NCBI GenBank assembly: GCA_038128265.1 | Contig: JAYPJE010000017.1 | Location: 40,819-70,621 of the forward strand | Direction: 5' to 3' | Source: Gemmatimonadota bacterium | Lineage (GTDB): Bacteria; Latescibacterota; UBA2968; UBA8231 | Length of the DNA stretch: 29,803 bases | Shown: one piece after another, positions 26,142 through 29,803 of the stretch | Layout: every line of letters starts with the position of its first letter | How positions within the stretch are numbered: position 1 is the first letter of the stretch | Notes under the pieces: generated by a model | Seen by the model: only the letters and a program-made list of their open reading frames with translations | Told to the model about the DNA's origin: nothing | The model's database searches: none | Translations under genes and position numbers: made by a program

Positions 26142-27119
26142 TTACCGCGCCACGCGCACGGCCCGTTTTTGATCCAGCGATTTATAGGCGGCCTCGGTGA
26201 GGCGGGACACTTGCAGAGCAAAGTCGGCCTCTTCGTAGCCCTTGCCACCGCGCATCCAGCGCAGAAAAGCCGCATCGGGCGAATCCTCTCCAATGCGCTT
26301 GGGCACGACCAGCGGCTCGCCGTTGAGCAGGACGTCGCGGATACCCCACTGATGTAGGTGAAATACCACACAGCCGGCATCGCCCTGAATCGCCAGTCGT
26401 TCGTCGTGTCGGTCGGCACTGCCCGTAAAGTGCAGCGAACCCAACGCGCCGTTGGCAAAGCGCAGATTGAGCGCAGCGTCTATGTCCACCTTTTGTCCGC
26501 GCCGATCCATAAAGGCGTGTACTTCGGCCGGCTGCAACCCCGTCATCCACAGGGTCGAGGCAACCAGGTGACTGCCGGTATCCATAAAGAAGCCCCCACC
26601 CGATAGCGTAGGCTCGCCGCGCCATCCGCGCCCGCCCCAGCGCTGCGTGACGTAGGCGACAACGCCCTTGATCTGCCCCAGCGCCCCCTTATGAATCAAC
26701 TCGCGCACATAGGTATGCTGTGGATAAAAGTTGCGCTGGTAGCTCACTACGAGCAGCCGCTGCGCTTTGCGCGCCGTTTGGAGGAGCGATTTAGCGTGAC
26801 GCGAGGTGGTCGTCAGCGGTTTTTCGACTAATACATGCAGCCCGGCGCGCAGGCAGGCGCGCGCCTGCTCGTAGTGCAGGGAGTGCGGCGAAGAAATGAG
26901 CACACCGTCGAGCGAACCAGCCTTCAGCATCGCCTTATGGTCGCTGTACAACGGAACTTCACGACCCCACTTTTCCATCAGCAGCCGGGCCGGCTCTTCG
27001 GCCGTATCGACTAGCCCCACCAATTCGACGCGCCCGTCTTCGAGCAACCGCGGCACGTGCGCATTGCGCATATTGCCCCCACAGCCGATGAGTCCTAAGC
27101 GAATCTTCTTTTTTGCCAT
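26142..27119 (-). CDS. Gfo/Idh/MocA family NAD(P)-dependent oxidoreductase
   Basis: IRLGLIGCGG, SSPHSLHYE, HVLVEKPL, YQRNF, SGGGFFMDTGSH. Confidence 0.93.
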   Translation of the reverse strand: MAKKKIRLGLIGCGGNMRNAHVPRLLEDGRVELVGLVDTAEEPARLLMEKWGREVPLYSDHKAMLKAGSLDGVLISSPHSLHYEQARACLRAGLHVLVEKPLTTTSRHAKSLLQTARKAQRLLVVSYQRNFYPQHTYVRELIHKGALGQIKGVVAYVTQRWGGRGWRGEPTLSGGGFFMDTGSHLVASTLWMTGLQPAEVHAFMDRRGQKVDIDAALNLRFANGALGSLHFTGSADRHDERLAIQGDAGCVVFHLHQWGIRDVLLNGEPLVVPKRIGEDSPDAAFLRWMRGGKGYEEADFALQVSRLTEAAYKSLDQKRAVRVAR

Positions 27120-27142
27120 GTCCCTATCCCGCGAATAGCCCA

Positions 27143-27943
27143 CTAATGAATAAGCGAAAAGAGCGGAGCAACGCCCCCAAACATGCCGGGGAATCGAAAT
27201 ACGCCCGCGTCGGCTTGGCGAATGCGGCCTACCGTGTGCTCGTCGAGCAGCGTCTGCTGCCGCGCGAAAAAGGGCGCTTCATCGGGAGCGGCGTAGGAAC
27301 CGGCCGACTCCGCCGCCGAGCGCAGCGAGCCGATCTCCGCACCCCCGACTAAGCCCGAAGCCATCGCCGCAAAAAACGAGCTCAAGACTTCGCGCCGACC
27401 GGCCGCTTCCATGGCAGCCGCACGCTCAAAGGCGGCGTGGCAGGCGACCAACCGCTCCTGCCAGTCTTCGGGAACGGCCACGTCATAGATAAAGGGTCCG
27501 GCATTGCCGTGCAGCGGCGTATGGTCCTGCGTTTGAAAGGCGACCAGCACGCGGCCTGCGCACAGGGCCCGAGCGCGCAGGCGCACAATGGAGCCCGGTT
27601 CAATGGCGGCGATCTGTCCATTGCTGAGCGCATGCGTTGTCACGCCCTCCTCGTCGAGCACGTCCAGATACGCTTCGCGGCTAAAGTGAACCTGAATGTG
27701 TTCGCGCGGCAGCCCCTCTATGCCGCAGCGGCCAAAGGGCATAGAGTAGGCCCATGGATCCGTATCGACGACCGGCACTTCGGGCAGGTCGTGCCCCAGA
27801 GCCGAAAGGAGGGTAGCAAGCGCCTCAGCCTCCTCTTCAGGAGTCGTATCGACCGGCACTAGGCCCCCGTCGGCACCGATCTGGACTCGATAGGGCGTGC
27901 CGTAACCAAAGAGACGCGTTTTCAGTATTTGATCTGTATCCAT
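27143..27943 (-). CDS. Hypothetical protein, 266 aa
   Basis: Fills the gap between the DegT and Gfo/Idh/MocA genes. ATG overlaps the DegT stop (TAATG). No family recognised. Confidence 0.7.
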   Translation of the reverse strand: MDTDQILKTRLFGYGTPYRVQIGADGGLVPVDTTPEEEAEALATLLSALGHDLPEVPVVDTDPWAYSMPFGRCGIEGLPREHIQVHFSREAYLDVLDEEGVTTHALSNGQIAAIEPGSIVRLRARALCAGRVLVAFQTQDHTPLHGNAGPFIYDVAVPEDWQERLVACHAAFERAAAMEAAGRREVLSSFFAAMASGLVGGAEIGSLRSAAESAGSYAAPDEAPFFARQQTLLDEHTVGRIRQADAGVFRFPGMFGGVAPLFSLIH

Positions 27944-29214
27944 TAGAGCAACTCCTCAGCGCGCTCAGCCACTTTGCGGAAGGCCCCGACATAGGCATCG
28001 ATCACTTCGGGCCGAAAGTGCTTAAACCAGGGGATGGACAGACAGCGGCCGGGCAGGCTCTCCGTAACGGGCAGCGAACCTTCCCCCTGGCGCAGATCGC
28101 GGTCGGAAAAGGCGATGCGCGTGGGCTTGCCATCGCCGTAAATATCGGCGTCGTTGAGCACTGGGTGCAGGTGCATCAGCGGATTGGCGCCGGGCGTCAT
28201 GCGAAAGCGCCCGCCTTCGGCGTTAATCGCTTCGCAAAAGCGCGCCACCGGCAGTCCACCCAATTGCTCTGCAGCATACAGCCCTTTGGCAGCGTACCAC
28301 CCGCCCATCGTGCTGCCGCTATCGACCGCTGGCCGGTGCGCCACGATGCCTGGAACGCCCTCCATTTGATCCCAGAAATAGTTCATGGCCTGCTGGATGA
28401 CCTGCATGCGCGCGTCATAGTGCTTGAGCTGGACGCGGCCCACCGCCGACGAGAGCTGGTGCATGCGGTATTTATACCCCCCTAGCGGCATACCCGCATA
28501 GGGGGTCAATTCGGGATCTTCCAACTCCTGCATGCGCTGGTAGTGCCCAAACGCCGCCGCGCGCTCGTAGAGCTGCTTGTCGGCCGTAACCAAGAAACCG
28601 CCCTCGCCGCAGGGCAGCGATTTACCCGACATAATTGACATGGCCCCCACGTGACCAATCGTCCCTAGCAGGCGGCCCTTATACAGTCCTCCCTGCGCGT
28701 GCGAGACGTCCTCGATCACCTTGATTCCGCGCCGCTCGGCCAGCTCCATAATGGGATCCATATCCGTCGGATAGGCGCTGTAGTGCACGACGACAATGGC
28801 TTTGGTGCGATCGGTGATCCGCGCTTCGATATCCGACGGATCCAGCGTCAGCGTCTGCGGATCCATCTCGCCAAAAACAACGGTCGCACCCAGGGAAAAC
28901 ACCTGGAGCGCAGAGCCCCAATACGTCATGCTCTGGCAGATCACCTCGTCGCCGCGCCGCACGCCGCACGCCCATATCGCCGCTTGAATGGCGGCCGTGC
29001 CGGTGTTGTGGCACAGCGCATGCGGCAAATTGAAGTACGCGCACAGATCCTCCTCGAAGGCGCGCGTAACGTCCGTTCCCGACATCGCCCCCCTGCGCAG
29101 CACGCCGAGCACGGCCTCTTCGTCTTCGGCGGTAATGATGGGCCAGCGAAAGATATCGCCTTCGTCAACCGATTCCATTGCTTTGTCGCCGCCTAGCAGC
29201 GCCAGATCACTCAT
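27943..29214 (-). CDS. DegT/DnrJ/EryC1/StrS PLP-dependent aminotransferase
   Basis: LALLGG..., WPIIT, NTGTAAI, GDEVI, IEDVSHAQGG, SIMSGKSLPCGEGG (PLP lysine), GYKYRM. GGGGG SD best spaced to ATG 29214. Confidence 0.93.
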   Translation of the reverse strand: MSDLALLGGDKAMESVDEGDIFRWPIITAEDEEAVLGVLRRGAMSGTDVTRAFEEDLCAYFNLPHALCHNTGTAAIQAAIWACGVRRGDEVICQSMTYWGSALQVFSLGATVVFGEMDPQTLTLDPSDIEARITDRTKAIVVVHYSAYPTDMDPIMELAERRGIKVIEDVSHAQGGLYKGRLLGTIGHVGAMSIMSGKSLPCGEGGFLVTADKQLYERAAAFGHYQRMQELEDPELTPYAGMPLGGYKYRMHQLSSAVGRVQLKHYDARMQVIQQAMNYFWDQMEGVPGIVAHRPAVDSGSTMGGWYAAKGLYAAEQLGGLPVARFCEAINAEGGRFRMTPGANPLMHLHPVLNDADIYGDGKPTRIAFSDRDLRQGEGSLPVTESLPGRCLSIPWFKHFRPEVIDAYVGAFRKVAERAEELL

Positions 29215-29281
29215 CAACTATCCCCCTTATGATGTGCGCTCATACATAACAACTAATGCGTGTCTACCAATGCCACCGCGC

Positions 29282-29803
29282 TCAGCGAACAATCTCTCGC
29301 AGTCGCTCCACGTCGGGCATAAAATCGCGTTCCCACACGGTTTGCACCACGCCGTCTTCTATGTAGGCAAGGCGCGGGTAGCCGTGCGCATAGGTGAGGC
29401 GATAGAAATCAGTCAACGAGACCGTCGCTATGTCGAAGAGCGGGTTAAAGCGGCTCTTGAATTCGGTCAACTGGGGCGAATCCTGCGAGAAATTGGTCAG
29501 AGCGATCACCCGTGGCAGCGCCTCGTCCTGTGCCATTGCATTGATTTTTGGCACGGCATTTATGCAGTGTCCACACACTGGGCTAAAGAGTTCGATCAGG
29601 TACTTGCCCTGCTGCAAATCGACTTCTATACCCTGCGGCGAAAGGCCGATCAGCTTTACTCCGGCCTTTAAATCAGACGCTTCCAACCGTTCGACCTCGG
29701 GCAGAAAGCGAAAGCCGCACACGGCGAGCGCTGCGACAAAAACGGCCGGCGCGAGTAGATTGCCCGTCGAACCGCTCACCGTCCAAGGAGCGTGTTCGCC
29801 CGA
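29282..29803 (-). CDS. Membrane-anchored thioredoxin-like (CxxC) protein, 5'-truncated at the window edge
   Basis: Frame is open to the window end. A TM helix is followed by LFSPVCGHCINAVP and a cis-Pro-like YPRLAYIEDG. Confidence 0.65.
   Translation of the reverse strand, partial: SGEHAPWTVSGSTGNLLAPAVFVAALAVCGFRFLPEVERLEASDLKAGVKLIGLSPQGIEVDLQQGKYLIELFSPVCGHCINAVPKINAMAQDEALPRVIALTNFSQDSPQLTEFKSRFNPLFDIATVSLTDFYRLTYAHGYPRLAYIEDGVVQTVWERDFMPDVERLREIVR

Noticed and set aside
1..29803. CRISPR arrays, tRNA/rRNA, IS elements, defence systems
   Set aside because: No regularly spaced repeats, RNA-gene signatures, transposase or nuclease motifs seen. Intergenic gaps are all under about 200 bp.

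Overview
High-GC (roughly 60%) bacterial chromosomal segment, densely coding and mostly on the minus strand, with about 29 genes. No rRNA, tRNA, CRISPR, integrase or transposase was recognised. From left to right: (i) a peptide/amino-acid scavenging block (M42 peptidase running off the left edge, Na+/solute symporter with a small membrane partner, DadA-like FAD oxidoreductase, metallophosphoesterase); (ii) a CUT1 carbohydrate ABC transporter with two ATPases and a hidden 54-aa membrane ORF; (iii) two GNATs, an SMP-30/gluconolactonase with an apparently broken 5' end, and a UxuA-like dehydratase; (iv) a DegT aminotransferase, a PabB-ADC lyase fusion, an Asp-box/BNR protein, a 4-TMS holin-family protein and an aldo/keto reductase; (v) a putative catabolic cluster of SDR, 641-aa unknown, DgoD-like enolase-superfamily dehydratase, sulfatase, 557-aa unknown, Gfo/Idh/MocA dehydrogenase, 266-aa unknown and a second DegT aminotransferase; (vi) a partial CxxC thioredoxin-like membrane protein. 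The best candidate for an undescribed system is the right-hand cluster, possibly an amino-sugar/aminocyclitol or sulfated-glycoside breakdown route; this is inference from family membership only. Several short AT-rich patches sit inside otherwise GC-rich genes. All calls come from motif recognition by eye; no database search was run.
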